Below, piece after piece: positions 1 to 10,368 of a DNA stretch of 63,437 nt. Source of the DNA: a virus. Position 1 is the stretch's first letter; the number at the start of each line of letters is the position of its first letter. A program made the translations under genes and the position numbers. The notes under the pieces were generated by a model, which saw only the letters and a program-made list of their open reading frames with translations, was not told the DNA's origin and did not search any database. The stretch lies in the IMG/VR virus record IMGVR_UViG_3300033407_000011, positions 1 through 63,437 of that record. One strand, given 5' to 3'.

Positions 1-314
1 GTCAGATCCAGATTGTCAGCCGTGTGGCTGTGCAGCGCGTCCTGAACGACAAGAACATGGGCCTGCGTTAATACCAGATTATCTGCCGTATGCCCGTGAA
101 CGGCGTCATCAATATTTAACAGGTGCAACTGCGTTAGCGTGAGATTGTCCGCAACATGGCTGTGTTCTGCATCCTGTACGGTCAGGACGTGAAGTTGCGT
201 CAGCGTGAGGTTATCGGCTTCGTGGCTGTGGCTGGCGTTCTGAATGACCAGATCAACAACCGTTTGCGCCAGTGCCGATACCGGCGCTTCGGATATACTA
301 TGAAATCCAAGCAT
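1..314 (-). CDS. 5' part of a wrap-around gene: HxH-repeat fibre-like virion protein (continues at 63437..62977)
   Basis: ATG 314..312 overlaps the TAA of the upstream ORF (TAATG). The frame stays open to base 1 and, through the 31-bp end overlap, is in phase with 63408 downwards. Translation is MLGFHSISEAPVSALAQTVVDL, then 22-aa units VQDAxH(S/G)HxADNLxLTQxHxL. Confidence 0.75.
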   Translation of the reverse strand, partial: MLGFHSISEAPVSALAQTVVDLVIQNASHSHEADNLTLTQLHVLTVQDAEHSHVADNLTLTQLHLLNIDDAVHGHTADNLVLTQAHVLVVQDALHSHTADNLDL

Positions 315-601
315 TATCTGCTCTCAAGTTTTTCAACTCTTGCAGCTATATCGTTATAATTACTCTCAAGTGTTGCTACTCTATTCGTTAAAGATATTTC
401 ACTCGTTTCCGGTAATCCGGTCTCACCTTCAATAATCTCATAGCCGCCATTATTGTAAATGGCCTCTACTAATGGTGTAGCAGTAGGCGCTGGGACATTT
501 TCAGTCAGTTTGTGCGCTTCTTTTTCTACGCTGAAAGCTGCCACTGCCACGTCCAGATCGTAATCCAGTTTATTAATTGTTTCGCGTTCGACTTTTATCA
601 T
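314..601 (-). CDS. hypothetical protein with C-terminal coiled-coil, in the fibre module
   Basis: ORF 314..607. The first listed codon is GTG; ATG at 601 follows the upstream TGA by 2 nt. The C-terminus LTNRVATLESNYNDIAARVEKLESR is heptad-like. Confidence 0.6.
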   Translation of the reverse strand: MIKVERETINKLDYDLDVAVAAFSVEKEAHKLTENVPAPTATPLVEAIYNNGGYEIIEGETGLPETSEISLTNRVATLESNYNDIAARVEKLESR

Positions 602-603
602 AA

Positions 604-1395
604 TCACACTCCGGCGAAAATAATGTAATTCAAAATAATAGTTGGCTGAACATTGTTGTGCGCCGCATCGCCACCAGTCGAGTTGCTAGTTATGGTGCTG
701 GTCGTTGTTACCGCATTTTGAGAAATAACTGCATTACCTGTGGTCTGTGATCTGGTTGGTATAGTATGAGTATGTGCTGCTAATTGCGCTACAGTCAGAA
801 CGTGACTTTCTGTACCACCAGTGCCACCCAGTACATCCCCATCGACACCATCAGTCAATCCTGTCAATCTATCTGCACTGGTTCCACCCATATCATCCTG
901 ACCAGCAACCACCCTGCCACGTAGATCAGGAATACCGAAGGTTGTTGACCCATCACCAACACCATAAGTAGTGCTTATAACAGCAAAGAGAGCGGCGTAG
1001 GTCGTGCGACTGACATTCTGCCCGAAACATAACAACCAGAGCGAGGGTGCGGTAGACCCTCCATAGGGGATGATTGCCGCGAGAGGCGTTCCTGCATCAA
1101 CTTTTTCCGCAGACTGCGATGAAATCGTGCTGAAAACTTTTGCACTACCGGACAAGTCAAGTAATGATCCAGTACTGGAGGCGATCAGGTTACGGGTCAG
1201 TGTCGTGCCGGTGTGCGTATAAACACCAGAACCTTCCTCCCACGCAGTGCCATCGGTAATGGCATAATCAACTGTTTCACCATCCAATGCCGCAGGCATG
1301 ACCTGAAACCCGGAATCAGCGGCACCCAGCGTCACTGTGCCGGTGCCAGTCGTGGCTGTAGCAACCTTTACTCGGGGTGGAAATTTACGCGCCAT
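604..1395 (-). CDS. tail fibre protein with phage tail-collar domain
   Basis: 263 aa with a G/T-rich N-terminus. The block [58 protein letters not shown] matches the tail-collar consensus (GW..C.G..y..Lf...G......F.lPDLRGR). Confidence 0.8.
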   Translation of the reverse strand: MARKFPPRVKVATATTGTGTVTLGAADSGFQVMPAALDGETVDYAITDGTAWEEGSGVYTHTGTTLTRNLIASSTGSLLDLSGSAKVFSTISSQSAEKVDAGTPLAAIIPYGGSTAPSLWLLCFGQNVSRTTYAALFAVISTTYGVGDGSTTFGIPDLRGRVVAGQDDMGGTSADRLTGLTDGVDGDVLGGTGGTESHVLTVAQLAAHTHTIPTRSQTTGNAVISQNAVTTTSTITSNSTGGDAAHNNVQPTIILNYIIFAGV

Positions 1396-1946
1396 CAGGT
1401 CGGAGCCAGAATTTCAAGTTTTAGTTTATGAACACGTTTTATCCAGGCATAAAATTCATCCTGTGACATTGTGTTCTTTGCTTTGTTACAAATGCCGCAA
1501 CATGAAACTACGTTATCGGCAACATACCCAGAAGAATTGTTGACACGATCAATTCCGTTATATGTATATGAAATAGTGCTTGTACGTTCACGACGGCATA
1601 TTTGATACGGAGACATTCCGCAATAGAAACAATGTCCATCGATCAGGATTTTAAATTGTTCTTTTGTTAGTGAAAATGGGTAACCCTTTCTCCGTGCCCG
1701 TGTTTGGTACAAAGAATAAAGTTCATTAATAGCGGCTTGGACAGTTGGCTTGGGGCCACGTACTATGCAACCACAAGACTGTGACTCGCCAGACCTTAGA
1801 TTTCTTCCACTAACTTCATGTTCATTGCCGCAATCACAAACACATTTCCAATAAACCTCAGTTCCCTTAATGCGTTGTTTTGTGCGGCCACGACTAACAG
1901 CGGTCAACCTTCCGTATTTATTACCGGCCAGATCAATAAGTGGCAT
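1395..1946 (-). CDS. HNH homing endonuclease
   Basis: 183 aa and Cys-rich. Motif [29 protein letters not shown] is typical of phage HNH_3-type endonucleases. The gene sits between fibre-module genes. Confidence 0.75.
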   Translation of the reverse strand: MPLIDLAGNKYGRLTAVSRGRTKQRIKGTEVYWKCVCDCGNEHEVSGRNLRSGESQSCGCIVRGPKPTVQAAINELYSLYQTRARRKGYPFSLTKEQFKILIDGHCFYCGMSPYQICRRERTSTISYTYNGIDRVNNSSGYVADNVVSCCGICNKAKNTMSQDEFYAWIKRVHKLKLEILAPT

Positions 1947-1969
1947 AGTATAATATCCTTATTAATCAA

Positions 1970-2344
1970 TTATGTGGGATCTAAAATTTCTATATCCCAT
2001 TGGGGAAAATTCACCGTATTTCCTGATGTTAGTGGCTGCGAAGTACAGGTCGTCACGTAATAGAGCAAGCTGCCAGTGGATCGGGTCAGGGCAATAAATA
2101 GAGCTGTGCCGGTAGTGTCTACCGCTACAGACGACTTGGCCGCGACCGTCACCTTGCGGCCGCTGGTATCACCGTTGGCCTTGGTAAAATCGGTATCCGG
2201 CGTCGTGGCGATGTCCGCCAGCTTAAAGGTCGTGATGGCCTCGGTGTAGGTCGTCGGTTCGGCGCTACAAACGGTCATTAAATCCGCCTGATCCAGCACA
2301 TCAAACGCCCCGTCGAGTACGTTGTCGTGTACAGTTTTAGTCAT
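1970..2344 (-). CDS. hypothetical virion-module protein
   Basis: 124-aa ORF with ATG start, co-oriented and tightly packed with neighbours. T/S-rich and beta-like. Confidence 0.6.
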   Translation of the reverse strand: MTKTVHDNVLDGAFDVLDQADLMTVCSAEPTTYTEAITTFKLADIATTPDTDFTKANGDTSGRKVTVAAKSSVAVDTTGTALFIALTRSTGSLLYYVTTCTSQPLTSGNTVNFPQWDIEILDPT

Positions 2345-2345
2345 A

Positions 2346-2567
2346 TCAACCCCCTACCTTATCGGTGACGCCCAGCGTCGAATTTTGGATATCCAGCGAA
2401 TGTTGCACTTTCTGCCGATCACCGGTCTTAACGACTCCAGCCACATCCTCAGCCCAGCCGTACTCGACAAAGCGGCGGCCACGCTCATCCTCCACCGTAC
2501 GAATTTCGTCTTTAAGAAATTCATCCCTGCCATCCAGAAATTTATCTTCAAGTACTTTGATTTGCAT
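2346..2567 (-). CDS. hypothetical protein
   Basis: ORF 2346..2573. The listed start is TTG. ATG at 2567 is preceded by GAGGG about 8 nt upstream. Confidence 0.55.
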   Translation of the reverse strand: MQIKVLEDKFLDGRDEFLKDEIRTVEDERGRRFVEYGWAEDVAGVVKTGDRQKVQHSLDIQNSTLGVTDKVGG

Positions 2568-2577
2568 ATTCAAACCC

Positions 2578-2943
2578 TCATGTTATTAACGGCATAATCA
2601 ATACCGACTGAATGCGGTGCTGGCTGTCACGCTCGGTGACGGTGATTTTCATACCGGCACTGTTCGTGTGCTGCATCATGGCTTTCATGGCGTTCTGTTG
2701 TGCCTGGACTATTTCAATGACAGACAATGTTTGTTGCCGCAATTCGGTCACAACCTGCTGCAATTCCCTGTTGTTGTTTACCGAATTCAGCTTATCCAGC
2801 TTAACAGCAATATCTTGCAGTGCCGTTAGTTGCTGCTCGTCCGTGGTGGGCTCCGGTTTCCTCGGCACCACCCGTTTCCCATCAGCATGGCGTGCCTGTT
2901 TCCTGAATGCCTCTTGTTGGGTAATCACCCGGCCTGTGTTCAT
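2578..2943 (-). CDS. hypothetical coiled-coil protein
   Basis: ATG at 2943 forms an ATGA overlap with the stop of the 980-aa gene. The listed 2955 start is GTG. Confidence 0.6.
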   Translation of the reverse strand: MNTGRVITQQEAFRKQARHADGKRVVPRKPEPTTDEQQLTALQDIAVKLDKLNSVNNNRELQQVVTELRQQTLSVIEIVQAQQNAMKAMMQHTNSAGMKITVTERDSQHRIQSVLIMPLIT

Positions 2944-5882
2944 GATCGTAAGCACGCCAATAGTTGTCTCGCCAATGTCAACTGGTCTTCATTTTCACGC
3001 AACGCCACGTCCGCCTGTTCCTGGTATTGTACCGTTTCGCCAGTCTCCTGTACGGTGGCCATCACGTTCACATTGATATCACCCAGGTCAGGATGGGTAA
3101 AGATGGCCTGCACCTGGTTCTGCTCAGTGGTAAACTTGAAATCCTCATCGGCACCCGCCAGTATGGACTCCGGCAGGGTGGCATAGATCGCCAGCAAGTC
3201 ATCCAGCGATAGATAACGCTCGTCCGCCAGGAAAGCCTCGCCGATATCTTGAGCCGGGACAGCTTCCTGCTCTGTGACTTGTTTTTCGTAGTGGTCAAAT
3301 ATGGCCGACAGTTTGGCATATAAACCTGGATCCTCGGTGGCATCCAGTTTCTTGATGGCTCTCAGGGCAGATTCCTTGATGCGTTCCTGTTCCACCAGTT
3401 GGGTCAGTGTCGGTGTTTCCGGGGCAGGTTTTTTGCCCTCTACGAGTTCTTCGGCAGGCGGTTCAGGCGGTGTAACAGCCTTCCCTTTCTTCTTTTTCTT
3501 CTTATCGTCTATGCCCTTGCCAGCAGTAACATCTACCGGTGTAACAGATTGGATTTTATCTTGTAATGCCGCCAGCGCTTCAGCCCTGGAATTAAAGCCT
3601 TCCAGCGTGCCGATCCGTTCATCGTTCGCAACCACAAACCATTTCCCGGACTTGATCTCGCTGTCAACAATACCACCGGTTTTTTCGTCCTTATTGGTGG
3701 CAATACCGCCTGGGCTGCCTTCTTCCCAGCCACCCGGAAGCGTTATTTTTTCTTGTGATGTGTCAGCGGCGGCAGTCCCGGTTTCTCCCGCCTTATCGAG
3801 TTGTAAATCTTCGCCGCCTTCTCCTTGGCCTTCGGGGGCGGCAACCCCTACCCCAGGAACTTGTCCCGTATCGCCTCGTACTGTTTTGGCATTGGCTTTA
3901 CCTCTGCGTTTGACCGGGCTCGGCTGTGTGCCGAACCGGGCTTTCTTGGTCGCCTGCGGGTGCTTCACCTGACCAATACTGGCCAGTTTGGCACGGCGTT
4001 CTTCCAGATATTGATCCAGATTGGCCGTGTCCTGGCCTTTAGCGGCACGGGCGGTACGACGAAATCCCGTGAACGCGATCTGCTTCTCGATCAGGGTTTT
4101 CTCGTCCGCCGCCAGTCCGCTTTTTTCAAACGCCTCCCGCGCTTTTTGCACGTCCTGATACAGGACGGGTCCCTGCTTGTCCACTGCTGCCCCAGCCTGT
4201 GTCTCTGTTTTCTGTTTTGGCAGGTGTTTCCGGATGGCCTTGATGACCCGCTCGGCTTTTTCTGGCGGATACAGGATCCGGTCATTCTCCGTGTCGTTCT
4301 GGAACCCTGCGACCCGTCTTGCGGCACGGATGGCCTGCGGTGTTGCGCCTTCACCCAATGTTACTGCAAATTTTAATCCGTCGTCTGTCGTGACCGCTTC
4401 AAAGCCCAGCCCACCAAGTTCGGCTTTGACCTTGCCGGTATAGGCTTCGCCACGATCTACGCGCTCCTGGATGGCCTTAATTTTCTGTTCAACGTGACTT
4501 TTAAGCGGCGCCTCCTCCTCAGTTTGGGTGGGGACGGGGGGCAACTCTGATTCCGGTGCGGCTGTTTGTAGTGTTTCCTGTTTTATTTCAACATGTTGCG
4601 GCTGTCCTTCAGTTTGATCCGTTCTGGGGGGCAAATCTCTTAAATCCTTGTCTTCGATAGTATCTGCAACGATGGGCTGGTTCGCACGCAATAATGGTTC
4701 TGTATACAGCAGCCACTGTTGCGCTAATTCAGGATCAACTTTAGCGGCCTCGTTATAGACAGTTTCTACTGCATTCGCACGGCTCTCTGGCGAAGTCTCT
4801 GGATCCGCCAGTGTTTTTGCCAGAATACGCCGGTTAAAACCACCTACCGTTTCACCAGTACCGAATGTCAACACGGATAATATGATGGTCGGCATGATAA
4901 TGGGTTTAACCGAATCCCAGTCCGGTTGTTCTTCGTCTATCCCTACATCTGCCCGCACCTTTTGTTGTATATAGCCCTGACCTAATTCAGTGCCGACCTG
5001 TGCAGCAGTGATAATCCCGAAATCCTTGACCATCTCCCCGGCAGGACGTAATCCTTTCATCATGGACTGTATTAAATTATCGCGCACGGGTTTCGGCATA
5101 AACCGGAACAGGCGCCAAGTCACCAAATCAGCCAATAATTCGCCGCCAGCTTCCACGGATCCATTAGTCAGAGCGGCATTATAGGCGACTTCTGGATTTA
5201 TCCCTTTCTCTAAACCTGCCCGATAGGTTTCTTCTGCTTCGGCACCGAAGAATAATGGCAGTGAGGCCAAAAATCCTACGGCACCGCCAACAGCCGTGCC
5301 TGGCCCTGGCATAATGGCCGTGCCGATTGCAGCACCAGTGAGTGCCGGTCCCATGGAAGGTGCCAGCATTTCACCACCCATGCCAGCAGCCCCACGTACC
5401 CCCAGAGGATTGGTTTCAGCCTCGACCAGTTCACGCGCTGATGCCTTGAGCCAAGGGAGTTTTTCCAGCACATCATGTGAAAAAGTCTCCAGTTTCTTGC
5501 CAAAATCACGCGCTGTGTCACTACCCCCTGGCTGGTCAAAAAACTGGAGGGTTTGTCCTGTCATTTGCGGCAACGTGGATACCACGCCACGCCCAACGCC
5601 ACGCGCCAAATCAACTGCACCACCTACAAATCCTGGTGAGCCTACAGGACGATTTTCCTCCCGCGCTAATGTCTGGATTTGTTGTTCTTTTTGATCCTGT
5701 GCTGGCAGTCCACGCGCTTGTTGCTGCGACTGGAGAACGCTACGGATGCGCTGCTGTTTGGCCGGGTCTATGCGGGTGGCCTTGTACTGGCCGTTATTTT
5801 CGACCAGTTGGAATATCTCGTTGCCGTCCGTGGCGTAATTGGCGCCGTCATCAAACTGGCCCAGAACTTGGACTTTCGCCAT
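2940..5882 (-). CDS. large internal virion / ejection-type protein (putative)
   Basis: 980 aa. A Gly/Ala-rich hydrophobic stretch (GAAGMGGEMLAPSMGPALTGAAIGTAIMPGPGTAVGGAVGFLASLPLFF), acidic and coiled segments, and a K6 tract. Its position after the tail genes matches podovirus ejection proteins. The function is positional inference only. Confidence 0.5.
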   Translation of the reverse strand: MAKVQVLGQFDDGANYATDGNEIFQLVENNGQYKATRIDPAKQQRIRSVLQSQQQARGLPAQDQKEQQIQTLAREENRPVGSPGFVGGAVDLARGVGRGVVSTLPQMTGQTLQFFDQPGGSDTARDFGKKLETFSHDVLEKLPWLKASARELVEAETNPLGVRGAAGMGGEMLAPSMGPALTGAAIGTAIMPGPGTAVGGAVGFLASLPLFFGAEAEETYRAGLEKGINPEVAYNAALTNGSVEAGGELLADLVTWRLFRFMPKPVRDNLIQSMMKGLRPAGEMVKDFGIITAAQVGTELGQGYIQQKVRADVGIDEEQPDWDSVKPIIMPTIILSVLTFGTGETVGGFNRRILAKTLADPETSPESRANAVETVYNEAAKVDPELAQQWLLYTEPLLRANQPIVADTIEDKDLRDLPPRTDQTEGQPQHVEIKQETLQTAAPESELPPVPTQTEEEAPLKSHVEQKIKAIQERVDRGEAYTGKVKAELGGLGFEAVTTDDGLKFAVTLGEGATPQAIRAARRVAGFQNDTENDRILYPPEKAERVIKAIRKHLPKQKTETQAGAAVDKQGPVLYQDVQKAREAFEKSGLAADEKTLIEKQIAFTGFRRTARAAKGQDTANLDQYLEERRAKLASIGQVKHPQATKKARFGTQPSPVKRRGKANAKTVRGDTGQVPGVGVAAPEGQGEGGEDLQLDKAGETGTAAADTSQEKITLPGGWEEGSPGGIATNKDEKTGGIVDSEIKSGKWFVVANDERIGTLEGFNSRAEALAALQDKIQSVTPVDVTAGKGIDDKKKKKKGKAVTPPEPPAEELVEGKKPAPETPTLTQLVEQERIKESALRAIKKLDATEDPGLYAKLSAIFDHYEKQVTEQEAVPAQDIGEAFLADERYLSLDDLLAIYATLPESILAGADEDFKFTTEQNQVQAIFTHPDLGDINVNVMATVQETGETVQYQEQADVALRENEDQLTLARQLLACLRS

Positions 5883-5884
5883 GT

Positions 5885-7402
5885 TTACCTCGACTGGGGC
5901 GGTGGCATTCCGGTCATGCTTGTACCACCACCGTAGTTGATTGGTTGCCGGCCTTGTTTATTCAATACCTCATAATACTGGCGTAATCGCTGTATCTCAT
6001 TGGGGTTCATACCAATAGCCAGCAATTCCTGATCATTCATACCGCCATAATTTACAATAGCCTCTGCCTCCTGCGGTGTCAGGTTACTGCTTTTACCAAG
6101 AGCCGGGCGCAGCAGCGTATTGACCTGTTCTGCCTGTAATTCTTGTGGCGTCTGAACCCATGATTGGACATTACTGCCTGCTTGGCCAAGTCCTTCCATA
6201 GATGCACCACCGGCGTTTTTCATAAAATCCCAGACTTTTTCCGACGTGGATGGCAGCACATTAATGTTACCCGGAACCGGCTGGTTTGGATCCATGGGTT
6301 GTTGTGGCGGTGGCATCCCAGCCGCAGGAGATCCACCCAAACGCGGTGGCGGTGTGGCACCAGTAGCACCACTTTCATCAATCGCACCTGCAGGGATTGG
6401 CTGTTGTGGCGGCGGTGTCTGGGTCATGCCCATACCATCACCTTCTGGCGCATCCATGATCTCCACGTCCAGCACACTCCCTGCTCCCAGCCCACCATTC
6501 GGCTGCGTGATCCCGTAAGCGGCCTCAACATTTTGTCCAGCCAGTTGCAGGAATTGATCTTTCGGCATGGTGGCAGGGTCGATATACCCTTCACGCACTT
6601 GTTTGTCATAGTCCTTACCGGCATCAGCCATGTATTTGCGTCGATCCTGGGCTATCTGGTGCTGTTCTGCCCGGTTCTCTTTGGCCAGTTCACCCCGCTG
6701 AGTCCTGAGATATTTATTATTTTCCTTGGCATTTTCAATTCGCGCCTGGATTCGATCCGACAGGAGCTTGCTCATATTGGTCGGGCTGGACAAGCTGGTT
6801 TGAATGAAATCTGGTAATTCGTCTATCGGGATTTCTTCGGTTTCGCCAGTGTCAGCATCCGTCCATTTGGCCACCTTGTCGTCGATTACAACATCCTTAT
6901 AGGTACCACCATCCGGCAGTCCTTCCAGCAACTGGTGCAATGCTTGGGTTCTCACCGTATTGTTACTGCTGGATAATACGTTCTTGATGTGTGGCGCATT
7001 AGTGTTCATGTATTCGCTATAGAGTTGGTTCTCATACTGCGGGATCGTCCCGATGAGCGCCGTCAGTGAGTCAAAGCCCTTGGCCGCTATTCGGCCATAT
7101 TTTTCATCTGACAACATCTGGAAGCCATTATGTATCGACCCATTCAGTTGACCCACGTAATTACTCTTGGCCATACCGGTGGAATCGGGTGAATGTGCAG
7201 GAGTGCCCTTGAACAAATTGGACGTGAAATCGGTAAACAACTCCTGATCAGCGAGTGCCTGGTCTTCCTGCTCTACCCGGCGTTTGCGGTCTTCCTGCCG
7301 ATCCAGTTCCTGTTGTTCACGGGTTTTTCGTTCGTCACTGGTTTTTCTCCCCAGCGCCCCAAACTGGTAGCCTTTTAATAAACTGTCTGAAAAAGAGGCC
7401 AT
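5885..7402 (-). CDS. internal virion / ejection-type protein (putative)
   Basis: 505 aa with P/Q/G-rich low-complexity regions (PPPQQPIPAG, GMPPPQQPMDPNQP). Coupled to both neighbouring genes. Confidence 0.45.
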   Translation of the reverse strand: MASFSDSLLKGYQFGALGRKTSDERKTREQQELDRQEDRKRRVEQEDQALADQELFTDFTSNLFKGTPAHSPDSTGMAKSNYVGQLNGSIHNGFQMLSDEKYGRIAAKGFDSLTALIGTIPQYENQLYSEYMNTNAPHIKNVLSSSNNTVRTQALHQLLEGLPDGGTYKDVVIDDKVAKWTDADTGETEEIPIDELPDFIQTSLSSPTNMSKLLSDRIQARIENAKENNKYLRTQRGELAKENRAEQHQIAQDRRKYMADAGKDYDKQVREGYIDPATMPKDQFLQLAGQNVEAAYGITQPNGGLGAGSVLDVEIMDAPEGDGMGMTQTPPPQQPIPAGAIDESGATGATPPPRLGGSPAAGMPPPQQPMDPNQPVPGNINVLPSTSEKVWDFMKNAGGASMEGLGQAGSNVQSWVQTPQELQAEQVNTLLRPALGKSSNLTPQEAEAIVNYGGMNDQELLAIGMNPNEIQRLRQYYEVLNKQGRQPINYGGGTSMTGMPPPQSR

Positions 7403-8901
7403 TATGCCGCCCTCATCTGTGGTGCCGGGATGCCCAGTGCCTGCTTGATCTGATCCATGTCTTTGGCCAGTTGTTTCACGCCGGCCAGGGCGAGACCTGC
7501 CGTGTCATTCGGGTTGACTGTCTGGCCATCAGACAAGCCCATGTCCTGCATCTGGTCGGCATACGGGCCCACATGACGCCCAGGTGGGGTCATTCCAGGT
7601 GCTTCCTGCATGGCCGCATCCGTGTATTCCCAACTGTCCGTATCCATGTTCTTGACCATTTCCAGCGTTTCCGGCGTGTCGGCCTTCTGTTTCTTCTTTT
7701 TCTTTTTCGGATCCGAGATTCCAGGAAAGCCGGCACCAGCCCATATTCCAAGTCCAGTGCCGAGAATATCCGTAACTGGGTTGGCTTGTGGCGGGTTGGC
7801 CGCATTCATGCCACTGACCCCGGTACCATAGAAGGAACTAGCGGTAGTGGGTGCCTGGATGCCGGTATTCAGGGCACCACTGATAATATTGGCGGCAGTA
7901 GTACCCGCATTACCACCCGCCCCGTAGCGGCTGATCGCCAGTTGATTGGCGGTATTGCCCTGGTTCACGGTATTGCCGATCCCGGCAGTACGCTGATCCC
8001 GGATCCCGAACCGGGCTTGGTTCCCGGCACCCACGGCCTGCGCCACAATCCCCGGCGCATTGGCGGCGGACTGCATCATCAGGCGTGATGGATCAATGCC
8101 CATCCGGCCAGCTTCTGTGGCCAGTGTATTCCGATGCCGGTTTTCCGCAGCACGCACGTCGGCCATGGCACGGCCTTCGGCAGCGGTTTCTGCGGATCGG
8201 GTGATGCCGGACAGTTCCTGCGCATACAACTGGTTACGTTCAAGCTGGCCTTTCTGGAGTTCAAATTCTTCCTGGGCGGCGGTCTGGTTACGGGCGTATT
8301 CCGCATCCAGTTTTTCCTGATAGGTCGGATCCAGTCTGTCCGCTTCTGAGGTGACTGGCGAGGCAGGAGGCCCCATACCCACACTCGTTCCTTGATAACC
8401 AAAACCAGCCAAATTACTAGCTCTTGGTCGCGTAGATTGCGTCCCAGTAGTGCCTTTCAGCTTATCAGTTGTTTGCCCGGTAATCGGTTTACCTTTACTA
8501 TCATATTTTGCCGGCAATGGGTTATCGCCCGCCCGCTGGTAGGACAGGTTCATGTCGGACAATTTGCGGTTAAAGGCGTCTTCGAGCGAGGTCAGTTCAT
8601 GGCCGAACTGGGATTGCAGGATCTGGTTCTGGGCGTCTTCATTGAGCCAGGAGAAGCCCATGGCATCCAGTGCCTGCAGGTTCTCCATGGGGGAATACAA
8701 CCCTTTATGACGGGCATCTTCTGTCCGCGCAAAGTCCAGGTTCTGGGTCATGGCACCGGTAAAGGCGTCGGCCAGCGGCTGGGTCAGACCAAAATTGACC
8801 CGTGCTAAGTCCTGGGCGCTGGATAACTGGCCGTGCCCGATAGCGACTTGGGCTTTTGCTGGAGCGCCGCCACCGCCGCTGGTTTGGCTACCAATACTCA
8901 T
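7402..8901 (-). CDS. internal virion / ejection-type protein (putative)
   Basis: 499 aa, G/A/N/Q-rich, with the K6 tract DPKKKKKKQKAD. The stop overlaps the next start by 1 nt. Confidence 0.45.
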   Translation of the reverse strand: MSIGSQTSGGGGAPAKAQVAIGHGQLSSAQDLARVNFGLTQPLADAFTGAMTQNLDFARTEDARHKGLYSPMENLQALDAMGFSWLNEDAQNQILQSQFGHELTSLEDAFNRKLSDMNLSYQRAGDNPLPAKYDSKGKPITGQTTDKLKGTTGTQSTRPRASNLAGFGYQGTSVGMGPPASPVTSEADRLDPTYQEKLDAEYARNQTAAQEEFELQKGQLERNQLYAQELSGITRSAETAAEGRAMADVRAAENRHRNTLATEAGRMGIDPSRLMMQSAANAPGIVAQAVGAGNQARFGIRDQRTAGIGNTVNQGNTANQLAISRYGAGGNAGTTAANIISGALNTGIQAPTTASSFYGTGVSGMNAANPPQANPVTDILGTGLGIWAGAGFPGISDPKKKKKKQKADTPETLEMVKNMDTDSWEYTDAAMQEAPGMTPPGRHVGPYADQMQDMGLSDGQTVNPNDTAGLALAGVKQLAKDMDQIKQALGIPAPQMRAA

Positions 8902-9362
8902 CGCTGCAAACCCTCCAGATAATCCTGTAATGGTTCGTCATAGGCCACCCGTAATACCTGCATCCGGACTTCGTTCATCCAGTCAAACCCGCCGATCAGG
9001 TACGCACAATGCGTCACCAGACTGTTAAAGCTGTCCCGCAAAGTATATGCAATTATCCTGTCATCTGCACTCTGGCTGTGCTCCAGGTCGTTGGCGTTCA
9101 TCCAGTCAATAATCCCATCCATGATTACCGGGAACAGATAATAATTGTATTGCCGGTAAAACGGGCTCATATTGCAAATCTCCAGCACCGTCACCACCAT
9201 TTTATTGACCTGCTGCGCGGTCACGTCTTGATCCTTGTCCGCCAGATCATCCCACGTCTGGCTCACCTGGAAAAAACTGTTGCACATTTCAATCGCAGGC
9301 TGGTTGCTTTGCAGCGCATAGCCCAGCAATTCCTGTTCGATTATGTGAGTTTTCTCATTCAT
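8898..9362 (-). CDS. hypothetical protein
   Basis: 154-aa ORF with ATG start and a 4-nt overlap with both neighbours. Confidence 0.6.
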   Translation of the reverse strand: MNEKTHIIEQELLGYALQSNQPAIEMCNSFFQVSQTWDDLADKDQDVTAQQVNKMVVTVLEICNMSPFYRQYNYYLFPVIMDGIIDWMNANDLEHSQSADDRIIAYTLRDSFNSLVTHCAYLIGGFDWMNEVRMQVLRVAYDEPLQDYLEGLQR

Positions 9363-9667
9363 AATTCTGATTTAATCCATAAAATATTCAACCTGTCGGC
9401 CATATCATGTATACGTTTTCTGACGCCACCATGCTTATCATTTATTTCATGATCAAGCCGATTTATACGTTCATCCAATTCCCTCAATAACTGATCGGCA
9501 TGTTCTTTACGAACATATTTACCGTTGATGATTTCAGTCAGTTGCTTCTCCAGTCGCATTAAATCGAGTTCTGATTCCAGCTTTACGGTTTTCAGGCGCA
9601 AGAGCATGATCAGATTAATACCAGATATAATCAAGACACCGATAGTAATTAGCATATTCAAGTCCAT
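9359..9667 (-). CDS. single-pass membrane protein with coiled-coil
   Basis: N-terminal TM MLITIGVLIISGINLIMLL followed by a charged helical region. Confidence 0.6.
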   Translation of the reverse strand: MDLNMLITIGVLIISGINLIMLLRLKTVKLESELDLMRLEKQLTEIINGKYVRKEHADQLLRELDERINRLDHEINDKHGGVRKRIHDMADRLNILWIKSEL

Positions 9668-9696
9668 ATCATTACTCCAATATAAATCACCATCAT

Positions 9697-10368
9697 TTAT
9701 GTCCAGTTCCCGCCAATTATTAGGTTCCTTGCACTCGGTCCGTCGAAGGTCACAGTTTCAGTGTCCGGTGTTTCCGCAATGGCGGTCAGCTTGTAACTAA
9801 ATGCGTAATCAATCAGGGAAATTTGCTGGTTGATTGATTCAATAGCTTCACTCCATGATTCAATAGTTAATATGGATAGCGTCATTGCACCGAATACACT
9901 CACACCATTCGTACCAGTGTTGATTTGCAGCGCAAGAGACGTTGATTCTGCATTTAAACTGTCCGCATCAACCGGGGTCGTGCTGGTGTAACCCGTGATT
10001 AAATAAACACCCACACCCACACCCGGACCATTGCCATTATTACCGCTTAATGCCACCGTGACATTGTGATCTCCAGCAGTCACTTCTTTCGAGGCGATAG
10101 CCCTTTTATCAAGATCATTCGGATTGGAGTGATGTATAGTTGCAGAAACCCCTCCAATGGAAAAGCTGGGGACTGTTTGGGCATTGTTCCCCCGTGCCAA
10201 AAACAGAGCGACTAACAAGCCATCTTCTGCGACAGTGAAATCGCCGAAGTCGTATGTCGCCAGATTAGCATTACTGGAAGCATGATTAATAAACGTAACT
10301 TCTATATTCCTTTGCTGGCCTCTGCGTTTGGCGGCGATAATGCGCTGAATGTGCTGGTTACAATCCAT
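9697..10368 (-). CDS. virion structural protein (putative tail or fibre component)
   Basis: 223 aa with beta-rich composition. Start/stop is coupled to the upstream 482-aa gene. Confidence 0.5.
   Translation of the reverse strand: MDCNQHIQRIIAAKRRGQQRNIEVTFINHASSNANLATYDFGDFTVAEDGLLVALFLARGNNAQTVPSFSIGGVSATIHHSNPNDLDKRAIASKEVTAGDHNVTVALSGNNGNGPGVGVGVYLITGYTSTTPVDADSLNAESTSLALQINTGTNGVSVFGAMTLSILTIESWSEAIESINQQISLIDYAFSYKLTAIAETPDTETVTFDGPSARNLIIGGNWT

Noticed and set aside
156-359. Plus-strand 67-aa ORF at the start of the window
   Set aside because: It is antisense to the HxH repeat gene and shares its periodicity. It has no start context and is a shadow of the repeat array.
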